Assembly: GCF_026210795.1 (NCBI RefSeq)
Contig: NC_089433.1
Coordinates: 3,286,001-3,350,000 of the forward strand
Length of the DNA: 64,000 nucleotides
DNA from: Rhizophagus irregularis
Taxonomy: Eukaryota
Direction: 5' to 3'
Shown here: positions 54,163 to 64,000 of the stretch, one piece after another
Layout: every line of letters starts with the position of its first letter
Position numbering within the stretch: the first letter of the stretch is position 1
Made by a program: the position numbers and the translations under genes
Notes under the pieces: model-generated
The model's input: the letters and a program-made list of their open reading frames with translations, nothing else
Told to the model about the DNA's origin: nothing
Database searches by the model: none

Positions 54163-57100
54163 TCAATCTGTTTGTGGATACCTTCTCATTCCTTCATAAT
54201 ATATTTTTCTTTGCTCCGGACTCGTGTTTATAATTTGTGCAAAGGTTGTATTTGCTCTGGTATTTTTCAGATCCTCCACTACGTTATATCCTGGTATATT
54301 TCTCAGAAATGCACTTGTCCTATGGATACCTTCAACACGTTCATTTTTACATTGTTTTGCATAGTGACCTCTTTGTCCACAATTTCCGCATGTATTATTA
54401 TTTCTTCTTACTTCTTGTGCCTTCCTCAGACTTTCATCAGTGAATCCTCTTTTTGGTAATGCTGCTGCCCTTTCCTCTTGGCTTGCATATTTATTATTCC
54501 TTCTTCGTATTTGTTCTTGGTCAATTTCCATATCTATATCTCGATTACTTGACCTATTTTTTATGTTACTTCTCGTCTGTCTTTCACCGGTATAAAAATC
54601 TTGATCAACATGATTAAATGTTACATCATTATCTTGATAATACGGGTCGTCATAACTATATCCTTGATCATAATTATCCTGATAATCCTGACTATCATAA
54701 TCATATTGGTCATATTGGTCATTATAATTATCATATTCCACTACATTGAATCTTCGATTATTGTTTTGGTGGTTTGGTGGTCTGTTATAGTTATTTGGTC
54801 TTCCATTATAGTTATTTGATCTTCTATTATAATTTTGATTATTTGGTCTTCCATAGTTTCTTTGACCATTATTTACCCTACATTCATTTGCATAATGTCC
54901 TGGTTGTTTACAATTGTAACATGCTCGAGGTGGTGGTCCTTGTCTATTATTATTGTTTGGTGGTCTCTTTTGCCCTCCAAGTTGATTTACTAGTTTTACC
55001 TCTAATTTTTTAAACATGTCGGCAAGGTCATCCTCATAATTTTTCTCCAATGGTTTTTCAAATATATTCTTTGGCTTGTCATCTTGTATATCGATTCCTT
55101 TTCTTTGGGTACTAACTGATATACCACGTGTCTTTCTTATTAATTCATTAGTAGCTTCCTCCTCTCTTCTTGCTGTATTCACTGCATCATTTAAATTTGC
55201 TGGGTTTTGTCTTCTGACTTGATATCCCAATGTTGGTGTTAATCCTTCGATATAATTATCCACTTGTAATTCATCATCTAATGCATGGCCTCTGGTAGCT
55301 ATCCTTAATATTTGTCTAAACCTTATCGTATATGCCTCAACATTTTCATTTACTCCTTGTGTTATTTTCCTTAATTCTAACATTTTCCTTTTTCTAACAT
55401 CCTCTCTGGTAAATCTTTGTTTAACTCTATGTTTCAAATCATTATCATCATCATTGTCTGCCCAATTTACTAAATGTCCATTATTTGCTTCCTTCTTTTC
55501 ATTATACCATTGTGCTGCTGCACCTTTCAAACAGGTAGCTGCCATTGCTGCTTGTCTAGCTCCATTTACTCCTGCTGCTTTTCCTATGGCAGTAAATGCT
55601 GTTTCAAATTGTCTTACCCAATCATTAACATCTTCTTCTTCTTTTCCATAAAAGTGTGGCAAACTAATTATTCCTCCAGCTGCGTTTCCTGCATCCTCAA
55701 TTGCATTTGCTAATGGGTTGGCTGCGATTAATCCAGCCCAATTACCTCCTATATCATGTCCTGTTGTTGCTAGTAAAGCCGCTCTAACATCTTCCCTTAC
55801 TTCAGCTCTTGTTGCTCCCATAATTATTGGTACTATTGGTGGGATTGGTGGTATCGGTGGTGTTAAAGGTGTTTCAAATAAATTTTCTATATTATAATCA
55901 GATATTTCACTTTTATCCTCAGAATTTGATTCTGAACTTTCACTTGAGTCAAAACCGGGTCTATTTATAATGTTTTCTTCATAAGGTTCTTCAAAATTTT
56001 CATTGCTATCAGTATCATTTGGATTTAAAATTTCTCCATTTTTTTCAGATCCATCTGATTCTTTTTCAGATCCATCAGATTTTTCGTTATCAGATTCATT
56101 TCCACTGTTTTCACTATCCTCAATTCCAGCTTGCTGTTTTAGAAATTTATCTAATATTCGCCTTAAATTTTTCTCCATTTCATTTTTATTTCCTTGGAAT
56201 ATTTCAATAAATTCTTGATCCAATATTTCTCCATCAGTATATCCCATACTGATTAACCTCAATAACTCTCCATTAGTTATTTCTATTTTATTATCATCAC
56301 ATATTTGTTTTAATCTTTTGACCCTGATATCAATTTCATTCTCGTCATTCTCACAATCCCTACACTTGGTTTTTCCTTCGTCAAATTTATTGTTCATCCA
56401 TCTTATTCCACATTCATTACAAAATGTGGTATTTCCATTTATCCATTCATATAATTTTGTCCTTAATTCTTTGTCATTCGTATCCATTTCCTGGAAATAT
56501 TTTTCCATAAATTCCGTTGTTAATATCATACTATTGCTTATCCTGAATTTTCTTATTCTCTCTATTTCTGACACATTTAATTCGTATCCTAGTTTTTCTA
56601 AGTCATCCTTTAATTTTAATAATTCTTTTTGTTCACAATTTTTACATTGCCCAATGTCTGTTATCATATCAGGTAACTTTCTATTCCTACAATTTCCACA
56701 TATTAATGTTTCTTTTGTTAACCATTCATTTATTTCATCTTTTAATTTTTCATCACTTAGTCTCATTAATTCGAAAAATGTACCTAAAAAGTCTTCTGTT
56801 AATATCAATTCTATTCTTATCCTTAGGTCCCACATTCTTTGTATATCCTTGTCAGTGAACCTTCCACCCATTTCTTCAATTTTTCTTTTTAATGATTCCA
56901 CTGTCCATTCGACATCATCCTCTATTTTTACTTCATAATGTATACTACCATCACTGTCCTCTAGTTCATAACTTTCAGGACTATCACTTTCTGGGTCCTC
57001 AGGTTCCCTTGTAAATTGTTTGGTGTCAATAAATCTTTGTCTTACTTTCTGTATCAATCTCTTCCATGCATCCTTTCCTTCTTGAGTGTCTGCCTCACAT

Positions 57101-57750
57101 CTATTCTGATGTTCTATCTGGAGTAACAATTCAATTACCTTTTCTCCCCTCACCAGATCTTCTGTTTCTTCATATAATAAATCCCTGAATAACTTTATTG
57201 CTAACTTCTTAACATGTATTGCTTTCATTTCATTTTCCAATATCGTGTTGTACCAATCCCAAAACTTTTGAAATCTATTTTCAACATCCCAATCTTCTAA
57301 AATGTATCCATGTTCCATTATTTCTGGACATCCAATTAACCGATCAAATACTTCATTTTCTAAGTCTCCTTCAATACAATCCCTTACAATTACTACAATT
57401 ATTATCCTTAAACCTTTTTCTTTCATTTTTGGTTGTTGTCTGTACCTTATTGATTCAATTATTCTATCTACTATATTCCTACATTTTCCTTTATGTATTG
57501 TGTCTTCCCTTTCTCTATTGTCCATACTTAATAAATTCAATAATTCTTTATGTGTTACATTATTGTACATTAGTATTGTATCCTCAAATTTAAATAAAGC
57601 ATCCCAAAATTTCTTGAATGCTGTTGATACTTCTCTTTCTATTGGATTACATATTTCACATGCTAAGCATTCCTCTGGTTCTATCACTCCTAGGTCATGT
57701 TCTTGTTTATGGTTTATATATCCAGCGTTCCAAACATGGTACCATTCCAT
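54163..57750 (-). CDS. Gag with a long N-terminal extension (1195 aa)
   Basis: Capsid-like FYGKEEEDVNDWVRQFE..LKGAAAQWY..QGVNENVEAYTIRF; two CCHC knuckles, CYNCKQPGHYANEC and CGNCGQRGHYAKQC. Confidence 0.92.
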   Translation of the reverse strand: MEWYHVWNAGYINHKQEHDLGVIEPEECLACEICNPIEREVSTAFKKFWDALFKFEDTILMYNNVTHKELLNLLSMDNREREDTIHKGKCRNIVDRIIESIRYRQQPKMKEKGLRIIIVVIVRDCIEGDLENEVFDRLIGCPEIMEHGYILEDWDVENRFQKFWDWYNTILENEMKAIHVKKLAIKLFRDLLYEETEDLVRGEKVIELLLQIEHQNRCEADTQEGKDAWKRLIQKVRQRFIDTKQFTREPEDPESDSPESYELEDSDGSIHYEVKIEDDVEWTVESLKRKIEEMGGRFTDKDIQRMWDLRIRIELILTEDFLGTFFELMRLSDEKLKDEINEWLTKETLICGNCRNRKLPDMITDIGQCKNCEQKELLKLKDDLEKLGYELNVSEIERIRKFRISNSMILTTEFMEKYFQEMDTNDKELRTKLYEWINGNTTFCNECGIRWMNNKFDEGKTKCRDCENDENEIDIRVKRLKQICDDNKIEITNGELLRLISMGYTDGEILDQEFIEIFQGNKNEMEKNLRRILDKFLKQQAGIEDSENSGNESDNEKSDGSEKESDGSEKNGEILNPNDTDSNENFEEPYEENIINRPGFDSSESSESNSEDKSEISDYNIENLFETPLTPPIPPIPPIVPIIMGATRAEVREDVRAALLATTGHDIGGNWAGLIAANPLANAIEDAGNAAGGIISLPHFYGKEEEDVNDWVRQFETAFTAIGKAAGVNGARQAAMAATCLKGAAAQWYNEKKEANNGHLVNWADNDDDNDLKHRVKQRFTREDVRKRKMLELRKITQGVNENVEAYTIRFRQILRIATRGHALDDELQVDNYIEGLTPTLGYQVRRQNPANLNDAVNTARREEEATNELIRKTRGISVSTQRKGIDIQDDKPKNIFEKPLEKNYEDDLADMFKKLEVKLVNQLGGQKRPPNNNNRQGPPPRACYNCKQPGHYANECRVNNGQRNYGRPNNQNYNRRSNNYNGRPNNYNRPPNHQNNNRRFNVVEYDNYNDQYDQYDYDSQDYQDNYDQGYSYDDPYYQDNDVTFNHVDQDFYTGERQTRSNIKNRSSNRDIDMEIDQEQIRRRNNKYASQEERAAALPKRGFTDESLRKAQEVRRNNNTCGNCGQRGHYAKQCKNERVEGIHRTSAFLRNIPGYNVVEDLKNTRANTTFAQIINTSPEQRKIYYEGMRRYPQTD

Positions 57751-58273
57751 TTTTAATAAAATTCTCTAAAAATTTTCACATCTTTTACTTTTTATCCTTC
57801 TTTTATATTTTATTTGACCTATACTGGGCTTGCCTTTACCTCATTTGTTCATTACTGAGTATGGTAGTTTACAGGTTTGTACAAATAAATTTATATTCCA
57901 TAAAATTTTCCAACCTAAGGTTGAAGTGTGAATCCATATTTGATTTGTCCGATTATTTGTTGTATTTCCAAGACTGATGTATCTTTCCTCGGTGTCAACA
58001 ATTCATTTAATAAGTGGGAGATTCAAATCTCCCTCTTTCATATGCTCCTACTACGCCTCTAATTCTATTATATCCTAAAATTTACTGTGCTTTGATAATC
58101 TTTAATTAATAATCTCGACACCTGTATTGACATTTTATATAATTTTACTACGCTACAAAATCTCTTATCATCTATATCCTTATTAATTTTTAATAACTTT
58201 CCTTGAATATATTTGTCCAGCAAACATTATTTTAATTTTTGTTAACGTTAATCATGATTTTTCTTGGGTACCC

Positions 58274-58565
58274 TCACACAGAATTGTTTTTGGAAGTTCA
58301 CACAGAACTATTCTCAATTGATCACACAGAATACCTCAATTGAGTTCACACAGAAAAAGCTCACACAGAACTATTCTCAATTGATCACACAGAAAACCTC
58401 AATTGAGTTCACACAGAATTATTCTCAATTGATCACACAGAAAACCTCAATTGAGTTCACACAGAATTATTCTCAATTGATCACACAGAAAACCTCAATT
58501 GAGTTCACACAGAATTATTCTCAATTGATCACACAGAAAACCTCAATTGAGTTCACACAGAATTA
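58274..58565. repeat. 48-bp tandem repeat (two related ~24-bp halves) in the retrotransposon 5' leader
   Basis: AATTATTCTCAATTGATCACACAGAAAACCTCAATTGAGTTCACACAG, about 5 copies plus partial ones. Confidence 0.92.
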
Positions 58566-59134
58566 CCCTACCATCGTATTTATAGTGTCGGTTTTTGGGT
58601 ACACTTTTTATCCTTAACTTAACCTCAATTATTTATAAAAATTATTTTTAATCCTTAATTCATGGAACTTATTTACAATATTCTATTAAAACCCCTTCTA
58701 ACTTGATTAGCCTCGCATTTCCCTTGATAATCAATTACTACCATACATATTTGGTTCATATGTATGAAAATTATTATAATAATAATTTTTCATTGACTTA
58801 TCAGCCGGTGGTCAAGTTAGATCAAAAATTTAATTTTTAACATTATCTCTTTATACATTTATGGTCATACTCACCCAAATTAATGCCTTTTACCTTGGTA
58901 ACCATTATTTTCACGTATCCTTTAAAATATTTAACTTTATTTTATTAAAATTTAACGTTAATACGCCTTAAATTCTTTTTTAACCAAGACTTAGAACTTT
59001 TAATTTTATAATTCCTTAACTTCGTCGATCCTTTATTTGTAACTTCTAATGATCACGTGGGGGTGATCATTTTCTTTTCTCAGAGATCCTGTACTTATAA
59101 CCTGTAGTGATCATGTGAGGATGATCACTTTCCT

Positions 59135-59152
59135 TTCTCGGAGCATGCACCA
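59135..59152 (-). promoter_or_regulatory. Primer-binding site (probably tRNA-Gly)
   Basis: TGGTGCATGCTCCGAGAA two bases inside the 5' LTR, complementary to a tRNA 3' end TTCTCGGAGCATGCACCA. Confidence 0.85.
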
Positions 59153-59154
59153 CT

Positions 59155-59761
59155 TGTAACGCCTAAGCCCGTGATAAATCACGTTGCCACCTTAGGTATT
59201 AACAAAATATCTCTTTATTAATAATATAAATAAATACAATAATATGCTTGGTTTAATAACATTAAATAACTAATAAATAATTCATTATCGAAATTCGTCC
59301 AAGAATAATGTCCTTCTCAAAAGGTGATCTTCACGCCCTTTTATATTTGTTTTCGTGTAACCAAAAATTCATAATTTCGGTTCATGGATTTAAATTATCA
59401 AAGTATTTCCATTATTTCAAAGTATTTCCATCATCTTAATTCTGTATCCATTTGATCATCGTGACCTCCTGAATTATGATTTATAATACTAACGTAATGA
59501 TCAGCAAATTAGTCACCTGACACCTCAGATCACTTGACTTCATTTAATTTAGTATCTTTCGGATCTTTATTTATCCTTAAATGTGACTGATAGTTTAATG
59601 TCATCTCGGACCAATTATCCTTGAATCACCTGATCAATAGTTTAACGACTTTTCGGTCTAACTAAAAAAAATAAAAATAAACTAAAATTTTATATACTAA
59701 GATTAAATATAATACTGCGCCTCACAATTAATAAATTTACTATGTATACTACGGCATTACA
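59155..59761 (-). repeat. 5' LTR
   Basis: 607-bp copy of 48626-49232. Confidence 0.95.
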
Positions 59762-60112
59762 GTGTACACAAATGTACCGAAATTTCATCGGATCATCATA
59801 CAATATCGGAAATCACATGCACAAAAATTCGTGTAACAATTGCATTTCCTGGATTAAATTGACAATTTTTTCATTTCCACTAGTCCAGTTTGTAAAATTA
59901 TTTTCAAATAAATCATTAATTTTACATGGTTTGCACCATTTATAATCATTATCTAGAATTTTACCGCATTTATTACAATAATTTCTATACGAAAATAATA
60001 TAATATAATTTTTTGTATAAAGATTTTGAGATATTATTAACCTAATAAAATAAAGAAAATTTATTATTTTATTAAAAGGGTATTTAAATTAAATAAAAAA
60101 TTAATACCTCAT

Positions 60113-60299
60113 ACCCTATAAAAACGAAATGAGTTAAATTTGTTTAATATTTGTGCTCATGTGTAATAAATGTCTAAAAAAGCACCATTTTGTTTAATTT
60201 TTGTTTTTTATTAATAAGACATAAATCGGACAAAATGGTGCTTTTTTGGACGTTTTTTACACATGAACACAAATTTAACACATTTCATTTTTATAGGGG
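60113..60299. mobile_element. ~187-bp TIR MITE inserted at the end of a kinase exon
   Basis: CCCTATAAAAAnGAAATG inverted ends with a CAT duplication; removal restores the AATGAG|GT junction seen in paralogs. Confidence 0.75.
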
Positions 60300-61267
60300 C
60301 ATTTAGAAATCCATTAATAGTATTTTGTGAGTTATATGATTTTAAATTGACTGTTCTCTTGAATATTCACGTTTATTTCTGTCATATTGTAATGGTCCAT
60401 CCTTCCATATTGCTGAATATATTGTAGAAAATTCATCTTTTCTTAACTCCTTAATGTCATCGAACTTATCATATGATATCCATTCAATTATAATATCATC
60501 ATATTTATTAATTCCTAATTGCTTTTCCTGAATTAAACTATCAATTTTTTCATTACCACTGGTCCAATTTATAAATTTTTTTTAGAGTATATTCTTTACC
60601 ACATTTATTACAATAAAATCTATACGAAAATAACATAATATAATTTTTTGAGTAAGGATTTTGAGATATTCCATATAAATGATTTCTTTCAAAATATACC
60701 TTAGCCTAATATAATAAAAAATTTGTTATTATTCGTAAAATATTTGAGTTAAATAAAGAAATTTATACCTCATTTAAAAATTCATTGTTAATATTTTGTG
60801 AGCTATATAATTTTAAATTGACTTTTTTACTTTGTTTTCTTGAATATCCACGTTTATTAATTATTACTATCATATCGTAATGGACCATCCTTCCATATTG
60901 CTGAATATATTGTAGCAAATTCATCTTTTTCTAACTCTTTAATATCATCAAATTTATCATATGATATCCATTCAATTATAAAATCATGACAATTATTAAT
61001 TTCTAATTGCTTTCTCTGAATTAAACTATCAATTTTTTCATTTCCACTGGTCCAATTTGTAAAATTTTTTTCTAGAGTATTTAATTGACATGATTTACAC
61101 CATTTAAAACAAATATCTGTAAATTTTTTACCGCATTTAATACAATAAAATCCATCCGGAAATAATATAATATAATTTTTTGTATAAGGATCTTGAGATA
61201 TTCCATACAAATGATTTCTTTTAACCTATTATAATAAGAAAATTTGTTATTATGCGTAAAATAATTA

Positions 61268-61590
61268 ATACTAGAAGGTATTTTAAAATAACAATAAAAA
61301 AAAAAGATTTTAAAGACACAATTAAATTATTTTAATTTATTAATTTTTTACTAGTTTATCGTCACAAAATTTAAATTCTACGATTCGAAATTATTCAACC
61401 ACTTCAGATTCTAATTATATCTCGGCAGAATTAGAGCTTGATATAGATACTAAAAGGTATTTAATGTAACAATAAAAAAATGGTTTGAAAAGACACAACT
61501 AATTATTAAATTCATTGGTTTTTTTTATTTAGTTTATCGACACAGAATTTAAGTTCTGTAGGTCAAAATTTTTCAACTTCTTCAAAAAGA
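61268..61590. repeat. Diverged ~180-bp tandem duplication
   Basis: ATACTAnAAGGTATTT..AACAATAAAAAAA..AAAGACACAA..TAGTTTATCGnCACAnAATTTAA occurs twice. Confidence 0.6.
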
Positions 61591-62567
61591 AAAAATGAAG
61601 TATTTTTAAACATCAATACTTACTATGACAATAGTGGTAAATATTTATCTGGCTCGATGTTATTTTAATTATTTGTTCTTTTGTTTTAATGCTTACGTTA
61701 ACGTTTAATTTTTATTTTAATCAAATTTTAAATATTTAAATTAGGAAAACGCATTAAAACTAGTCACTAGTTTCAATTATCTATAAAACTATAGAAATTA
61801 AATATTCCGTTATCTTGCAGATACAGAGTATGTGGAAATTTTAATAATTTTTTATGAAATTTTTTCAAGGAAATTTTATTTACAATTTTTTTTTCATTCT
61901 ATATAGAGATTACAATTAATTTCGCACTTATGATAATTACTTATTTTCATATTTAAAGTAGTGTTGCTTTTAGGGTGTATACTACCACGTGTATATTATA
62001 AATGAAGTTATGAATTATGATTATCCGGAGCGGAACGACTAGGATTTTAGACCCGGTGACATTAGGTCACGTTCTCACAGTTTAATTGGTTCCGCTACTA
62101 TAAGTATACGGCCATCCTTAACCTGATCCACCGGTCCAGATGCTTATTCTGGACCAGTCAACTTTTGATTGGCTAATCAGCCCTTTTATTACATAACTCC
62201 GGCATAATTTATTTTATCTCTTCCTATCTTTCACTCTTTCTCTATTCTTTTTTGTGGTATGTTAGTACTTAGTATTTCATATTTCATTTCAGTTTGTATA
62301 TTTTAATTTTAATTGTATTTATTGTAGTTTTATGATAATACTAAATGTTTTTTATTTTCTTTTTGAAGAGTTTTATGATATATTGATATTATTCTGGAAA
62401 TCAAGTGTTTTTTTTTTAAGTTTTGGGGTTAAGCAAAGTTGTTCAAAAAAGGTTGTAAATTACACATTTATAACAAAACTTTTAAAGCTAATATAATACT
62501 ATTACTTTGTACTTTTGTTTTGATATTAACGTTAAAATAATTTTAATAATAAAATTACAGTAAAAAA

Positions 62568-63270
62568 TAGGGTTGGATCGGTCCGGTCCAGTCCGGTCCG
62601 GTCCCAAAAAGACCGGTCTTTCAACCTGGACCGGACCGGACTGGGACCGGACCGATTTAAATTTAAAGAAATGATTTTTAGACCTCTAAATTATGCTAAA
62701 ACATTAAAGAACGTTGTGAAACGTTTTTTAATATGTAATTTAACAAATAAAAAACGTTTCGCAACGTTTTTTAATTATTTTAATAGAAAACGTTGCGAAA
62801 ACGTTTTTTATTAATAAGTTCATAAAAAAAAACGTTTTTCGCAAACGTTTTTAATTATTTTAACAAACAACGTTGCGAAAACGTTTTTATTAAGTAATTT
62901 ACGTTTTGCAACGTTTTTTATTAAGCAATTTAATAAAAAAAAACGTTTTCATACGTTTTTTTAATTATTTTATTAATAGGAAACGTTGCAAAAACGTTTT
63001 TTATTAATAATTTCACGAAAAAAAAGTTTCGCACGTTTTTTTTAATAAAAAACATTGCGAAAACGTTAAAAACTGAACTGACAATCGGTTTTGGCAAAAA
63101 CCGTGCCCTAGAAGTAGATGAGCACAAAAATTGGCTCATTTTTATTGGATATTAATAATATGGGATCGGTCCCCGGTCCGGACCGGTCCTCAGATCTCGG
63201 ACCGAAGACCGTGAAGACCGGTCCCAAGACCGACGCAGGACCGGTCTTTGCTAGGACCGATCCAACCCTA
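62568..63270. mobile_element. hAT-like MITE (703 bp)
   Basis: 17-bp perfect TIR TAGGGTTGGATCGGTCC, 8-bp TSD GTAAAAAA, GGACC subterminal repeats and internal AAACGTT repeats. Confidence 0.92.
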
Positions 63271-63973
63271 GTAAAAAATAATGTAAAGACCTTTTTTATA
63301 AAGTTATATATGCAATTTTACTTATTTATTAATAAAGTTTAATAAAATGCATACCAAAATACAAATTTCAAATAACATATTACTTTAAAACGGTAGTATT
63401 AAATGCTTTAAAAAAAGGCATTTCGTAACTTTTTTTTTAAAAAAAACGCGAATTGTTTTTTTTTTTAAGACAAATGTTACACAAAACAATCTCATCCAAT
63501 TAGATTTCCTGGTCCAGGATAAGCATCTGGACCGTGGCCCAGGATAAGGATGCTCTAAGTATACATTATGGATCACATGAATTTTTATCACGTGGTTTAT
63601 CGCATAGTATTTTTATTTTATTTTATTTTAACAAGTGAATTTATATTTGGTTTTATTTATTTATTTATTTATTTTTTAGCTATTTTATAATAAAAGAAAT
63701 TTTTTAATTAAATTTATGATAAGGCAAGAAAATCAAATCGTAAATTCTCATGACTTGCATGCGTTAATTTAATTTTCCAAAATTCAAAATATATAAAACA
63801 AGAATGAATAATTAATGTAGTAATGCTATAGGTTATTTTCAAATTAAAGACTTGTCACACTAAAAATAAATTTGATTCTTTTATTCATTGGTATCATCTT
63901 TGATTGATAATCTGCATAAAGAATTAAGATTCAGATTAAATATTATAATGATCAAATATAATAAATTTATGAC

Positions 63974-64000
63974 TTACTTTGTAAAATCAATAACTTCTAT
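63974..64000 (-). CDS. C-terminus of a third tandem TKL kinase (continues beyond the window)
   Basis: IEVIDFTK* matches the ends VEIIDFTK*/VEIIDFTQ* of kinases A and B; the 3' flank is also homologous. Confidence 0.7.
   Translation of the reverse strand: MEVIDFTK

Larger units (their letters stand above)
48626..59761 (-). mobile_element. Full-length Ty3/Gypsy LTR retrotransposon, 11.1 kb
   Basis: Two 607-bp TGTAA..TTACA LTRs, GTGT target duplication, gene order gag-PR-RT-RH-INT, PBS and PPT present. Confidence 0.97.
47861..59838. mobile_element. ~840-bp TGTTAC..GTAACA element (solo LTR or Ginger-like), itself split by the LTR retrotransposon
   Basis: Terminal inverted TGTTAC/GTAACA with a 4-bp ATTG duplication (47857-47860 and 59839-59842). 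Its own sequence is 47861-48625 plus 59766-59838. Confidence 0.8.
46631..61224 (-). pseudogene. TKL kinase gene B, split by a 12-kb nested insertion and frameshifted
   Basis: Removing 47861-59842 restores IQEMQSKINSYDDIIFEWIP. The kinase domain is frameshifted near 47385 and 47010. A MITE sits in an exon at 60113. Upstream modules lie at 59840-61224 and the 5' start was not located. The 3' flank 46355-46630 duplicates 34850-35135. Confidence 0.85.

Noticed and set aside
50621..57977. Plus-strand ORFs within the retrotransposon
   Set aside because: Antisense shadows of A-rich gag/pol; no motifs.
58264..58617. 117-aa repetitive ORF / CRISPR-like appearance
   Set aside because: The ORF is a by-product of a 48-bp tandem repeat. 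There are no unique spacers or cas genes, and the context is eukaryotic.

Overview
This is a very AT-rich eukaryotic window with many short GT-AG introns. The gene content points to a glomeromycete (Rhizophagus-like arbuscular mycorrhizal fungus); that is inference. The left half holds a 7TM GPCR-like gene, three tandem RBR (RING-IBR-RING) E3 ligase genes, an insulysin/Ste23-type M16A protease, a SAM methyltransferase and a Cys4-motif low-complexity protein. The right half is a decaying tandem cluster of tyrosine-kinase-like genes full of MITEs. One kinase copy is split by a nested insertion containing an 11.1-kb Ty3/Gypsy LTR retrotransposon on the minus strand (48626-59761; 607-bp LTRs that look identical; GTGT target duplication). 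This element is the most unusual object in the window. Its integrase is a separate ORF fused to an N-terminal thymidylate/deoxynucleoside-kinase-like P-loop domain. Gag and protease are joined by an in-frame UGA-CUA readthrough-type stop. Gag carries a ~640-aa repeat/zinc-finger N-terminal extension. The 3' UTR contains a tRNA-like sequence whose acceptor and T stems correspond to the tRNA implied by the element's own primer-binding site. Exon borders were read by eye and no database searches were run.
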